Source of the DNA: Candidatus Kuenenia stuttgartensis
GTDB taxonomy: Bacteria; Planctomycetota; Brocadiia; Brocadiales; Brocadiaceae
NCBI RefSeq assembly: GCF_900232105.1
Contig: NZ_LT934425.1
Span: forward strand, 870,001 to 902,000
Length of the DNA stretch: 32,000 bases
Direction of reading: 5' to 3'
Below are positions 1 through 8,988 of the stretch, piece by piece. Numbering within the stretch: the first letter of the stretch is position 1; every line of letters starts with the position of its first letter. Made by a program: the position numbers and the translations under genes. Under the pieces are notes generated by a model. That model saw only the letters and a program-made list of their open reading frames with translations. It searched no databases and was not told the origin of the DNA.

Positions 1-328
1 CTCCGTCTTTAATGAATTTATATACCTTCCCCTCTTCTTCGTTTTTTGCCCCGACAGCTTCGGTTTCATCAACGGTTATCGACGTATCAAATACTTCTCT
101 TATATTATCTTTATCGTACCCTTTGATAGTAAAACCCATGATGGTTTTTTCAGTTGTACGGTATGGAATTCCAAAGATATCAAGAACAGCACGTTTTTCC
201 TTTATTTCATGATATGCGGCAATTTTCGGTGCTGTATAAAAATATACCAAAAACAATCCGGTACACGGAATAAATGCAATGAAAAGGATCGAGAAAATAC
301 GGAGTATAAACGTCTTAAATTCTTCCAT
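1..328 (-). CDS. rnfG: RnfG/NqrC-like electron transport complex subunit, N-terminal part (runs off the left edge)
   Basis: Own translation of the minus strand from ATG at 328: MEEFKTFILRIFSILFIAFIPCTGLFLVYFYTAPKIAAYHEIKEKRAVLDIFGIPYRT...; N-terminal TM followed by an RnfG-like domain start; directly downstream of rnfC- and rnfD-like genes. Not in the ORF track because it is open at the window edge. Confidence 0.7.
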   Translation of the reverse strand, partial: MEEFKTFILRIFSILFIAFIPCTGLFLVYFYTAPKIAAYHEIKEKRAVLDIFGIPYRTTEKTIMGFTIKGYDKDNIREVFDTSITVDETEAVGAKNEEEGKVYKFIKDG

Positions 329-403
329 AAATTATGTTTCGCTAAAACTTTGTGATAGTTAAATTAGTGGCTGTAAACTATTTTGCCGTTATCTTTTGTT
401 ATT

Positions 404-1507
404 TCAGGTGCGGTATCTTATTTTTACCATCAACGATTGAATGGGTATTGCAAGCAAATTCATAAGCAATATAGCATACATTGCTCCTTCAGACAGTGTG
501 GTATAATTCCTTAGCAACACGGTAATAAATCCACACCCTATGCCATATATCCATTTCGCCTTCTGATTATAGGTTGCTGTAATAGGATCTGTAATCATAT
601 AAAAAGCACCCAATACTAACCCTCCGCTCAGGAGCTGAAAAATAGGCGGGGCAACATTTTCCTTTGACAGGAGTGAAAACATACCTGAAAAGATAAACAC
701 GCTGCCAAAATAGGACACCGGCAACCGCCAGTTCGCAACCTTCATTTTTACAAGCCATATACCGGACAGTATAAGTGCTAATCGGCAGGTTTCTCCCAAA
801 GAGCCATTCGCAGTACCTATGAGCAGGGAAAAATAAGAAGTGATGGTGCCGTCTGTCTTAAACGCGGTAAGCGGGGTAGCGTGGGTAATGGTATCAAGCC
901 CATACCGCAAGGTATGAAGATCAGGTATACCGACAAAAGGCATCTGGTAGCCTGTCGCCAAAAGTGACGGGAAACATATTGTCAGGAACAATCGGCTAAA
1001 TAGCGCAGGATTCACCAAATTGTACCCAACGCCTCCCAATATATTTCTGAAGATAATGGCCATTGCTGCGCCAAAGCCTATCAGCCAGAGAGGCGCTTGT
1101 GGTGGCAGAATGGCGGGAACGAGCAGGCACGAAACAAACCCTCCCTCACTAATGTGATCTTCCCTGGCAATTATTGCCCATATCACATCAACAACAAACA
1201 CCCCAACAACAAGTGAAACAATCAATTTCGAAATCACACACTGTAACCCGTAAAAATACATCGCAGGAAACACCCATCCCATTGTCAGCGCAATAAGCAC
1301 AGCACCCATAAACTTTTTCGTGTCCGTGTTGTTTCGGATAAAGGGCTGTGTCTGCGCTGTATGTTTGGAGCTGCGCAACAAACCGTCAAACGCTTCAAAA
1401 ACTGCCCCAAAAAGGAAATTGACTGTTTCGTGGGTATGGATAAAGGTCTCTATCCTGTCAAGATTCTTATTAAGTGGCGATTCGAGTTTATTGAGTAATT
1501 TCTTCAT
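404..1507 (-). CDS. rnfD: RnfD/NqrB-like membrane subunit of the electron transport complex
   Basis: 367-aa polytopic membrane protein; contains GGVGYNLVNPALFSRLF and the THATPL segment matching the FMN-attachment region of RnfD (T-G-A-T-P-L in classic members); C-terminal YMITDPITAT. Confidence 0.88.
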   Translation of the reverse strand: MKKLLNKLESPLNKNLDRIETFIHTHETVNFLFGAVFEAFDGLLRSSKHTAQTQPFIRNNTDTKKFMGAVLIALTMGWVFPAMYFYGLQCVISKLIVSLVVGVFVVDVIWAIIAREDHISEGGFVSCLLVPAILPPQAPLWLIGFGAAMAIIFRNILGGVGYNLVNPALFSRLFLTICFPSLLATGYQMPFVGIPDLHTLRYGLDTITHATPLTAFKTDGTITSYFSLLIGTANGSLGETCRLALILSGIWLVKMKVANWRLPVSYFGSVFIFSGMFSLLSKENVAPPIFQLLSGGLVLGAFYMITDPITATYNQKAKWIYGIGCGFITVLLRNYTTLSEGAMYAILLMNLLAIPIQSLMVKIRYRT

Positions 1508-2550
1508 GCTTTTTGTACATCCGGCGATTTACATTCCTTGATGATCCGCAACAATTCAATTTTCGAAGGGCATGCAAAACTGCACAGACCGCATTCAATA
1601 CATTTTTCTATATCATAACTACGCACCTTCTGTTTTTCTCCTCTGTTGTAGGCCTGGTGGTACAAAGCAGGTTCTAAATTAACAGGGCAAATATCATCAC
1701 AGAAGTTACAATACACGCAGGCTCGCAATTCCCCAAGCAAATTAGTGGTAAAATGCAGCCTATCCGTGTTAATCATAGGAAACATCTCTTTCTTATCCTG
1801 CGCCGCCAGAACAACAATGTCATTTACCGTCCAGCCAATTTTTTGAGCAAAATCGTTAACTTCCATTCCTCTTAACGGACCGTTTATAAACACACGATAA
1901 GGGGCGGTCTCCTTTACCCTGTTTTTTAGTATTTTTTCAAGGGTTGTTCCCAACTGCACCTTGATAAACTCATTTTCCTTAAGACCTGTGCCCGAAAGGG
2001 CAATAAAGCGGGAATTTACACTCTTATTAAGAATGCGGCTTTTGTGGATTGCCAATGCCGTTTGCGCGTCGAAAACTAGAATACCCTGGGACAGCGTATC
2101 CTGCCCAAAGTTTATATCTTTGTTTAAGATGGCTTTTGATAATACCACAGGGTCATCGTAAGGATATTTCGCATCTATAACAAAAACTTCCAACCATTCA
2201 TTCATAGCCGCGTATTCTTTTGCTGCTGAAATATGTTCGGTTTCGTTATTGGTGATAACAACAGAACATTTCGCTTCAGGGAAGATGGTAGTCTGTAGCT
2301 CTTTTATTTTATCGAAGAAAACCGTTGTTTTATGTCCCAATGTTACCCAATTAGGCAATGCCCATGGTTCCGTGGGGCATAGGGTAACAATAATGTGTTT
2401 CACCGATTGTTCCGATGGCAGGGTAAAATTGAATACTTCAGGGGGGTTGTCAGATGAAATTTCCTCAACAATATTACAAAAACGTATTTTGTAGGCGTCA
2501 AAAAGATTTACGCCACCCTTGAAAACCATGTTTTGCTTTTTTTTAATCAC
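1504..2550 (-). CDS. rnfC: RnfC-like subunit with two C-terminal 4Fe-4S motifs (short, divergent)
   Basis: 348 aa; C-terminal CVYCNFCDDICP and CIECGLCSFACP; FINGPLRG segment; 4-bp overlap with the rnfD-like gene. Confidence 0.75.
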   Translation of the reverse strand: MIKKKQNMVFKGGVNLFDAYKIRFCNIVEEISSDNPPEVFNFTLPSEQSVKHIIVTLCPTEPWALPNWVTLGHKTTVFFDKIKELQTTIFPEAKCSVVITNNETEHISAAKEYAAMNEWLEVFVIDAKYPYDDPVVLSKAILNKDINFGQDTLSQGILVFDAQTALAIHKSRILNKSVNSRFIALSGTGLKENEFIKVQLGTTLEKILKNRVKETAPYRVFINGPLRGMEVNDFAQKIGWTVNDIVVLAAQDKKEMFPMINTDRLHFTTNLLGELRACVYCNFCDDICPVNLEPALYHQAYNRGEKQKVRSYDIEKCIECGLCSFACPSKIELLRIIKECKSPDVQKA

Positions 2551-2917
2551 TTTCTTACTTTTTCAAATAAAATAGAAGCTCTTGGAAATTCCATAAAAGT
2601 GTCCGGATAAAATATCAATCCGGACATCAGAAGTCAAGGTAATATTTTAGAACTAAATTATGCCGCCGATTGAACGGGTGAAAACAGAACACATTATCAT
2701 TCAATAAACGTATTCCTGAAAACTATGCTTATTAAAATCTATAACTGGCGGCATTAAATGCAAATCAAATATATAGGAAATACAGGAAAAGAAGCTAAAT
2801 ACAGAAATGCTAAAAGAGAACAGAACCGTTTGGCATGACCGTTAAGCAAGGAAGTTTTTTGGCAAGCGACGGGGCAAGGGCAAGAGAAACCAGCCTTTTC
2901 TTTAATGCCAAAATCCA

Positions 2918-3406
2918 TTATTTGCTTATATCAATAATAAGCGGTATTTCTCCGCAATCAGGGAATTTATGGCACTTTACACATTCTGACCATATTTTTT
3001 GAGGGAGTTCCGCTTTTTCTATCCTGCAAAATCCGCATTTCTCAAAAAATTCCGGCGAATACGTAAGAACGAACATCTTGGCGATGCGGAGTTCCTTCGC
3101 CTCCTGCATACACGCCGATACGAGTTTTTTTCCTATTCCTCTCCGCTGGTGTGAACCCAGAACTGCCAATGATTTTATTTCCGCAAGATCTTTCCAAAAA
3201 ATATGCAAAGCGGCGCAACCAATTAATTGGGTATCCTCCATAAATACATAAAAATCCCGTATATTTTCGTAAAGCTCACTGAGGGAACGCGGCAACATTT
3301 CATCCTTTGACGCGAAACCGTTGATAAGCCTATATATCTTCTCTACCTCTTCTATTGTTGCTTTACGCAATATTAGTTTTTTTTCTTTGTTATCAGCCGA
3401 GGACAT
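2918..3406 (-). CDS. GNAT family N-acetyltransferase, ArgA-type short form
   Basis: 162 aa; IKSLAVLGSHQRRGIGKKLV matches the acetyl-CoA binding motif (Q/RxxGxG/A); FFEKCGF... C-terminal motif typical of short amino-acid N-acetyltransferases. Confidence 0.75.
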   Translation of the reverse strand: MSSADNKEKKLILRKATIEEVEKIYRLINGFASKDEMLPRSLSELYENIRDFYVFMEDTQLIGCAALHIFWKDLAEIKSLAVLGSHQRRGIGKKLVSACMQEAKELRIAKMFVLTYSPEFFEKCGFCRIEKAELPQKIWSECVKCHKFPDCGEIPLIIDISK

Positions 3407-4766
3407 CGTGTTTTCTCACCCTAAAATCTACGCCCAACTCCACTGCAATTTCTCTACATTTCTTTATATCGATACCTGGAATTTCTACAACAGAGACCTG
3501 AACATTTGGAATAACCTTTTTCGCATCTTTAACAAACTGTATCAAAGCAAAATAGGCTTTTTCGCCAAATACCGGCTTGCAGATCGCAGCATATTTTTCC
3601 GCAGTTTCCGCATTTAAACTGATGCAGATGGTATCAATAAGGCCTTTTAATTCATTCGCTATTGACCTGCCATTGATAATATCCCCATGGCCGTTTGTAT
3701 CCAGCCGGATGCGTTTCCCTTTTGATTTTAAATCCGCAGCAACGGCTTTTAAAACTTCCAGCCGTTCGGTCGGTTCTCCATAACCGCAAAACACCACTTC
3801 ATCATATCTGCCAGGGTCTCCTATCGACTGCAGTACTTCTTCAATTGTCGGTTCCCGCTTTAAATGCAGATTATGCCCCTTCACAAAAGGATAGGTCGTC
3901 CTCATGCAAAATGAACACTCCATAGAGCATCGGTTCGTTAAATTTATGTAAAGAGAGTTTCTGATAGCGTAAGCTATTTTCCCCTCCAATTCAGGCTCCC
4001 CTATGCCGAATAATGCGTACGCATTAAAAGAAGTAATGCGTGCAATATCTTCGGGGGAAAGCCCGTATATTTCAGCAAAAACGGGGATAACTAAGGATAA
4101 ATACGACGGCTCATTACGCTCCCCTCTTTTCGGATGAGGTGATAAAAAAGGACAATCAGTCTCCAAAAGAAGCCTTTCGACAGGAACAGTTTTGGCAATA
4201 TCCCTCAAATTTTGCGCATTTTTAAAGGTAATCGGCCCGGCAAAAGACAAAAACATGCCCAGATCCAGGCATGCCTTTGCCACTTCAGCCGTTCCGCTAA
4301 AACAATGAACAACCCCCTTTAATCCACCATTTTTATATTTATTCAGAATTTTTAAACAGTCCTCACTGGCTTCGCGGCAATGTATTATCACCGGAAGATC
4401 ATGCTTTTTCGCAAGTGCAAGGTGTTTCTCGAATAGTACCTGTTGGTCTTCATGAGGACTCTTGTTACGATAATAATCAAGTCCGGTCTCGCCGACCGCG
4501 ACAATTTTTGATCCTCCAATCAACGACTCAAGCTCAAGCCACGTTTCTTCTGAAACCTTTGTGGCGCCATGCGGATGGATGCCAACGCTTGCATAAATAT
4601 TTTCAAAACGATGCGCCAAAGCAATGCACTTTTTACTCGTAGAAAGGCTTGTTCCCACATTAATAATACTTCCGACGCCTGCCTCTCTGGCACGTGACAA
4701 AACGGAGTCCAAATCTGTTTTATATTCCGGAAAATCAAGATGCGCGTGTGTATCAATAATCATCAT
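3393..4766 (-). CDS. TatD-family metal-dependent hydrolase fused to a TatD-associated radical SAM domain
   Basis: MMIIDTHAHLDFPEY..., VGETGLDYYR, VIHCREA, LLLETDCPFLSPHP are TatD motifs; then CSMECSFCMRT (CxxxCxxC) plus VVFCGYGEPTERLEVL and ICISLNAETAEKY of radical SAM enzymes. The track ORF opens at 4808, but the MMIIDTHAH start near 4766 is more likely. Confidence 0.88.
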   Translation of the reverse strand: MMIIDTHAHLDFPEYKTDLDSVLSRAREAGVGSIINVGTSLSTSKKCIALAHRFENIYASVGIHPHGATKVSEETWLELESLIGGSKIVAVGETGLDYYRNKSPHEDQQVLFEKHLALAKKHDLPVIIHCREASEDCLKILNKYKNGGLKGVVHCFSGTAEVAKACLDLGMFLSFAGPITFKNAQNLRDIAKTVPVERLLLETDCPFLSPHPKRGERNEPSYLSLVIPVFAEIYGLSPEDIARITSFNAYALFGIGEPELEGKIAYAIRNSLYINLTNRCSMECSFCMRTTYPFVKGHNLHLKREPTIEEVLQSIGDPGRYDEVVFCGYGEPTERLEVLKAVAADLKSKGKRIRLDTNGHGDIINGRSIANELKGLIDTICISLNAETAEKYAAICKPVFGEKAYFALIQFVKDAKKVIPNVQVSVVEIPGIDIKKCREIAVELGVDFRVRKHDVLG

Positions 4767-4888
4767 ATTATTAAAATTCTTTACCAAAAAAGCGCCACTT
4801 AAAAACATAACCTTACGGCGATATTATCAATATCCCTTAAACGCCAGGGAACTGAAACGGGTTCATCAATCATCAAAAACACTGCTAC

Positions 4889-5049
4889 TATAGTCAAACA
4901 AATAAGGTTTTCAAAAAAATTTACACACCCCAGTCCCCTCTATAAAGGAATTAAGGGGCGTGCTTGTATAGTATGCTTAGTCAAATAAATCTGTTTTTTA
5001 GAAAGCCATTTTATCGCCAAATTCATAAAATCATATTTGTTTGGCTATA
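4889..5049. repeat. MITE-like dispersed element, copy A
   Basis: TATAGTCAAACAAATA (4889-4904) and TATTTGTTTGGCTATA (5034-5049) are inverted at 15/16 positions. Internal segment AATAAATCTGTTTTTTAGAAAGCCATTTTATCGCCAAATTCATAAAATC is shared with copy B. Confidence 0.6.
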
Positions 5050-5052
5050 CTT

Positions 5053-5502
5053 TTAGCTACATGTTTTTGTAAACGCATTTTTATAGAGTGTAATAGCAGG
5101 ATGTTTTTTTGCTGGCGGGTAAAAAACAGAAACTACATCAAAACGCAAATCTATGCCCTCTACTTTTTTTTCAGCAATATAGCGGGAAGCCATCTTTATA
5201 ATTTGCTTTTTTTTTGCTTCTGTTACGGCTAATTCAGGAGGTCCATAACTATCGGATCCACGCGTTTTTACTTCTACAAAAACAATGGAACCGCGGTCAT
5301 AGCAAATAATATCAATTTCTCCGGTCTTACGCCGGTAATTCCTCTGTAGTATCTTATATCCCTTTTTTTTCAGAAATTTCGCAGCGACAACTTCTCCCTT
5401 TTTACCGAGAGCTTTCTTGTGCGGTTGTACGTCACTGGTTTTTTTGAGTATATTTTTCAGGAAAAAAAGGGAACCTATTAGTTTTTTGAAAAATCCGTCC
5501 AT
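5053..5502 (-). CDS. YraN/UPF0102 family endonuclease-like protein
   Basis: LGKKGEVVAAKFLKKKGYKILQRNYRRKTGEIDIICYDRGSIVFVEVKTR is the characteristic YraN core; next to rplS. Confidence 0.85.
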   Translation of the reverse strand: MDGFFKKLIGSLFFLKNILKKTSDVQPHKKALGKKGEVVAAKFLKKKGYKILQRNYRRKTGEIDIICYDRGSIVFVEVKTRGSDSYGPPELAVTEAKKKQIIKMASRYIAEKKVEGIDLRFDVVSVFYPPAKKHPAITLYKNAFTKTCS

Positions 5503-5639
5503 GAGTTAAACCCTATGCTTCACAGACTGGGCCAAATAGGCAATTTTATACTATTCCTAGATATTCATTCCCTGCTTTTTAGAAAACAAGTTCATTTGAC
5601 CAAGTCTGTTCAGCATATGGAATACCTCTATATATGTCC

Positions 5640-6002
5640 TTAATCCACCCTTTTTTCTTTCAACCTGGTACCTTTACTGGTTCTGTCCCTCATGTAATAC
5701 AACTTTGCACGCCGTACTTTTCCTGATTTTTTTACCTTAACATCCAAAACCTTTGGGGAATGAATGGGGAAAACACGCTCTACGCCTTCTCCCTGAACAA
5801 TGCGTCTTACGGTAAAGGTTTCCCGTATCCCTCCGCCATTTTTTGCGATTACCAACCCACTGAATACCTGCGTACGTTCCTTTTCTCCTTCTTTGATTTT
5901 GATCGAGACATCTACCTGATCGCCAACAGAATACTTTGGTATTTCTGTTTTCATGTGTTCTTTTTCTATTACATCGATAACATTCATGATCCCACTCCTC
6001 AT
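5640..6002 (-). CDS. rplS: 50S ribosomal protein L19
   Basis: 120 aa; IPKYSVGDQVDVSIKIKEG..., GVERVFPIHSPKV, RRAKLYYMRDRTSKGTRLKEK. Confidence 0.95.
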   Translation of the reverse strand: MRSGIMNVIDVIEKEHMKTEIPKYSVGDQVDVSIKIKEGEKERTQVFSGLVIAKNGGGIRETFTVRRIVQGEGVERVFPIHSPKVLDVKVKKSGKVRRAKLYYMRDRTSKGTRLKEKRVD

Positions 6003-6027
6003 AATTTATTACAGGGTAAATATAATA

Positions 6028-6708
6028 CTATTTCTTGTTTAATAAATCGGGCCTTTTTTCCCGTGTCCTTTTTTCAGCTAAATATCTTTGCCATTCCTTT
6101 ATTTTTTGATGATGACCCGAACGTAATATTTCCGGAACTTTCATGCCTCTGTATTCAGCAGGACGGGTATATTGAGGATACTCCAATAACCCGTCATGAA
6201 AAGATTCTTCGGTTATTGAGTTCTTATCTCCCAAAACACCGGGTATCAGACGGACTACCGCGTCAATAACTACCATTGCCGATAGTTCTCCACCTGAAAG
6301 AATATAATCGCCGATGGACAACTCAAACACATCAAGGCCGGTTCTGATTCTTTCGTCAAACCCTTCATAATGGCCGCATATCAACATAAGATACGCCTCT
6401 TTTGCCAATTCTTTAGCGATAGCTTGGGTAAAACAACGCCCTTGCGGCGTTAGTAAAATTTTTTTAGCGGGTATGTTAGTTTGCCGCTCAATCGCTTCTA
6501 CTGCATTGAAAACGGGTTCCGGCTTCATTACCATCCCAGGCCCCCCGCCATAGGGTCTGTCATCTACACAACGTTGATTTTCTGCATAGTCTCTGATATT
6601 GAAAATATTGTATTGTACAAGGGCCTTTTCTCTGGCGATTTTCAAGATACTATGCCCCAGTACGTTTTCAAAAATACCGGGAAACAATGTCAAAATATCA
6701 ATGCGCAT
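6028..6708 (-). CDS. trmD: tRNA (guanine-N1)-methyltransferase
   Basis: MRIDILTLFPGIFENVLGHSI, CVDDRPYGGGPGMVMKPEP, LICGHYEGFDERI, SIGDYILSGGELSAMVVIDAVVRL. Confidence 0.97.
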   Translation of the reverse strand: MRIDILTLFPGIFENVLGHSILKIAREKALVQYNIFNIRDYAENQRCVDDRPYGGGPGMVMKPEPVFNAVEAIERQTNIPAKKILLTPQGRCFTQAIAKELAKEAYLMLICGHYEGFDERIRTGLDVFELSIGDYILSGGELSAMVVIDAVVRLIPGVLGDKNSITEESFHDGLLEYPQYTRPAEYRGMKVPEILRSGHHQKIKEWQRYLAEKRTREKRPDLLNKK

Positions 6709-6711
6709 GTA

Positions 6712-6969
6712 TTATTTTTTAAACGCAATACCAAGTTTTTTAAATATGCTGGCAACCGTTTCCGTTGGTTTTGCCCCAACGCTCAACCAGTAATCAACCC
6801 TCTCTCGTTTCAGAGTCACCTGTTTTTCGTTGTTTGATTCCATAGGATCATAAGTGCCTAAATTTTCAATAGACATGCCATCCCGTTCCTCATGTGCATC
6901 GAACGCGCCAATTCGGTAAAAGGGCCTGTTTTTACGTCCCATTCGCATCATCCTAATTCTTACTGCCAT
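6712..6969 (-). CDS. rpsP: 30S ribosomal protein S16
   Basis: MAVRIRMMRMGRKNRPFYRIGAFDAHEERDG...LGTYDP; 85 aa; between ffh and trmD. Confidence 0.97.
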   Translation of the reverse strand: MAVRIRMMRMGRKNRPFYRIGAFDAHEERDGMSIENLGTYDPMESNNEKQVTLKRERVDYWLSVGAKPTETVASIFKKLGIAFKK

Positions 6970-6990
6970 TTTTTCTCCTTTTAGATAAAA

Positions 6991-8343
6991 TTACCGTATC
7001 ATACCCTTGCCAAAGGGCATACCCCCGGGAAACATCCCCTTTTTCTTCAGCCCCTTCTCGTTTCCCTTAAAATGTTTCATTAGTTTTTTCATCGATTTAA
7101 ATTGTTTAAGCAGTTGATTAACATCCTGAACGGTCGTCCCGCTGCCTTTGGCTACGCGCTGCCTTCTGCTTCCATTTATCATATCGGGGATCAAACGTTC
7201 CTGAATCGTCATTGATTTGATAATCGCTTCAACCTTTTCTAATTGTTTTTCGTCAAAATTAAGTCCGTCCATCTTGTTCCCCAAACCGGGAATCATACCC
7301 ATGATTTCTTTGATTGGTCCCATTTTTTTTATCTGTTGAAGTTGCATGAGAAAATCTTCCAGGCTGAGCGTATCACTTTGTATCTTCCGGCTAAGGTTCT
7401 GCGCTTCTTCAAAATCAATGGCCTGCTGTGCGCGCTCCACCAGTGAAACTACGTCGCCCATTCCCAGTATTCTGGAAGCCATCCTATCAGGATGAAACTC
7501 CTCAAGACGGTCGAGTTTTTCGCCAATGCCCACGAACTTAATAGGTTTTCCCGTAACCGCCCTTATTGAAAGAGCCGCACCGCCCCGCGTATCACCATCA
7601 AGTTTAGATAAGATCACCCCGTCAAAACCTAATTGCTCATCAAATTCCCTGGCGCTATTTACCGCGTCCTGACCTGTCATTGCATCACAAACAAAATATA
7701 TTTGATCGGGTGTGAGTGTATCTTTTATTTCCCGCAATTCAAGCATCAGTTCATTGTCGATGTGTAATCGCCCTGCAGTATCTAAAATTACCACATCATG
7801 TCCGTTTTCTTTTGCATATTTTATCGCTTCACTACATATCTTTGTTGGTGGTAAATCTTTTTCAAAATATACCTGTATATCCAGTTGCCGGCCCAGCGTC
7901 TTTAATTGTTCAACAGCCGCAGGGCGTTGTATATCCGCTGCGGCAAGCAACGGCTTTTTTCCTTTCGAAAGCATCAGCCTGGCAAGTTTACCAGCCGTTG
8001 TTGTTTTACCGCTGCCTTGCAAACCCACCAACATCACAACCGTCTGCCCCCCTTCCTTGAAAGGAATAGAGGTATCAGACTCCCCCATCAATTTAATCAG
8101 TTCGTCGTGGACAATCTTGACCACCTGCTGGCCCGGCGCAACACTTTTGATTACCTCTTCACCCACAGAACGCTCGGTAACCTGCTTAATGAAGTTTTTT
8201 ACTACTTTATAATTAACGTCCGCCTCAAGCAATGCCAGACGCACTTCGTGCAAACCGTCCTTAATATTTCCTTCGGTTAATCTTCCCTTCCCGCGGAATT
8301 TACCAAGAACAGCTTCCAAACTATTTGTGATTGATTCAAACAT
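6991..8343 (-). CDS. ffh: Signal recognition particle protein Ffh
   Basis: 450 aa; GLQGSGKTTTAGKLA, DTAGRL, LSKLDGDTRGGAALS, M-domain MIPGLGNKM. Confidence 0.97.
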   Translation of the reverse strand: MFESITNSLEAVLGKFRGKGRLTEGNIKDGLHEVRLALLEADVNYKVVKNFIKQVTERSVGEEVIKSVAPGQQVVKIVHDELIKLMGESDTSIPFKEGGQTVVMLVGLQGSGKTTTAGKLARLMLSKGKKPLLAAADIQRPAAVEQLKTLGRQLDIQVYFEKDLPPTKICSEAIKYAKENGHDVVILDTAGRLHIDNELMLELREIKDTLTPDQIYFVCDAMTGQDAVNSAREFDEQLGFDGVILSKLDGDTRGGAALSIRAVTGKPIKFVGIGEKLDRLEEFHPDRMASRILGMGDVVSLVERAQQAIDFEEAQNLSRKIQSDTLSLEDFLMQLQQIKKMGPIKEIMGMIPGLGNKMDGLNFDEKQLEKVEAIIKSMTIQERLIPDMINGSRRQRVAKGSGTTVQDVNQLLKQFKSMKKLMKHFKGNEKGLKKKGMFPGGMPFGKGMIR

Positions 8344-8660
8344 AATCGAACGATTTTAAAACAATACTTGCCTTATTAAAACAGTGCCCATCTTAAAGCC
8401 TAATTTAAATTTAAAAATAAATCTTTGACGTTTCCTTTTACCGCTTACGTAATTTCACAGTATAATTTTACTGATTCGCAATAGCAAGATAACAAAATAA
8501 TACTATAAATTTTTCATTTTATAAAATAATACAAGATATTCAAATGAATTTTATGAATACCGTATAAGACAAAATGGCGTTTAGCTATGTAAGTATGGGT
8601 GTGCAGTACGTTTGATTTTAGGGTTAAGTCGAATATTTCTATTGCACAAGATTTGTTGGT

Positions 8661-8689
8661 TTGCTAATATTTTCCGTTTGTGTTAATAT
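8661..8689 (+). promoter_or_regulatory. Candidate sigma70-type promoter upstream of rpmE
   Basis: TTGCTA (8661-8666), 17-nt spacer, TAATAT (8684-8689), 59 bp before the rpmE ATG. Confidence 0.45.
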
Positions 8690-8748
8690 ATTTTATATTA
8701 TTTTTTTTATATTTGCAGGCGCTTTTTTATTGAGGAGATAACGTAGCA

Positions 8749-8979
8749 ATGAAAAGCAGTATTCATCCAAATTATATAGAGGCAGTTGTAACATGCGGAT
8801 GCGGAGAAACATTTAAAACCAGAGCCACAAAACCTAAAATAGCAGTAGATATATGCTCAAAATGCCACCCGTTTTATACGGGGAAACAAAGATTTATTGA
8901 TAGTGCCGGCCAAATTGACCGCTTTAACAAACGATTGAAAAAGAGCAAAATAATTCAAGACCCAGGTACAACAAAATAA
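8749..8979 (+). CDS. rpmE: 50S ribosomal protein L31 (zinc-binding type)
   Basis: [47 protein letters not shown]. Confidence 0.95.
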   Translation: MKSSIHPNYIEAVVTCGCGETFKTRATKPKIAVDICSKCHPFYTGKQRFIDSAGQIDRFNKRLKKSKIIQDPGTTK

Positions 8980-8988
8980 TAGTGCTAT

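Noticed and set aside
567-758. Plus-strand ORF over rnfD, and many similar track ORFs (for example 1320..1541, 1961..2161, 3577..3783, 7712..8212, 10537..10857, 11643..12104, 19500..20144, 23115..23411)
   Set aside because: Antisense to confidently assigned genes, with low-complexity or uncharacteristic protein sequence and no motifs.
2660-2754. Inverted ATGCCGCC ... GGCGGCAT pair and the GTCCGGAT/ATCCGGAC mini-hairpin at 2601-2625 upstream of rnfC
   Set aside because: Arms are only 8 bp; could be regulatory but chance cannot be excluded without comparison to relatives.
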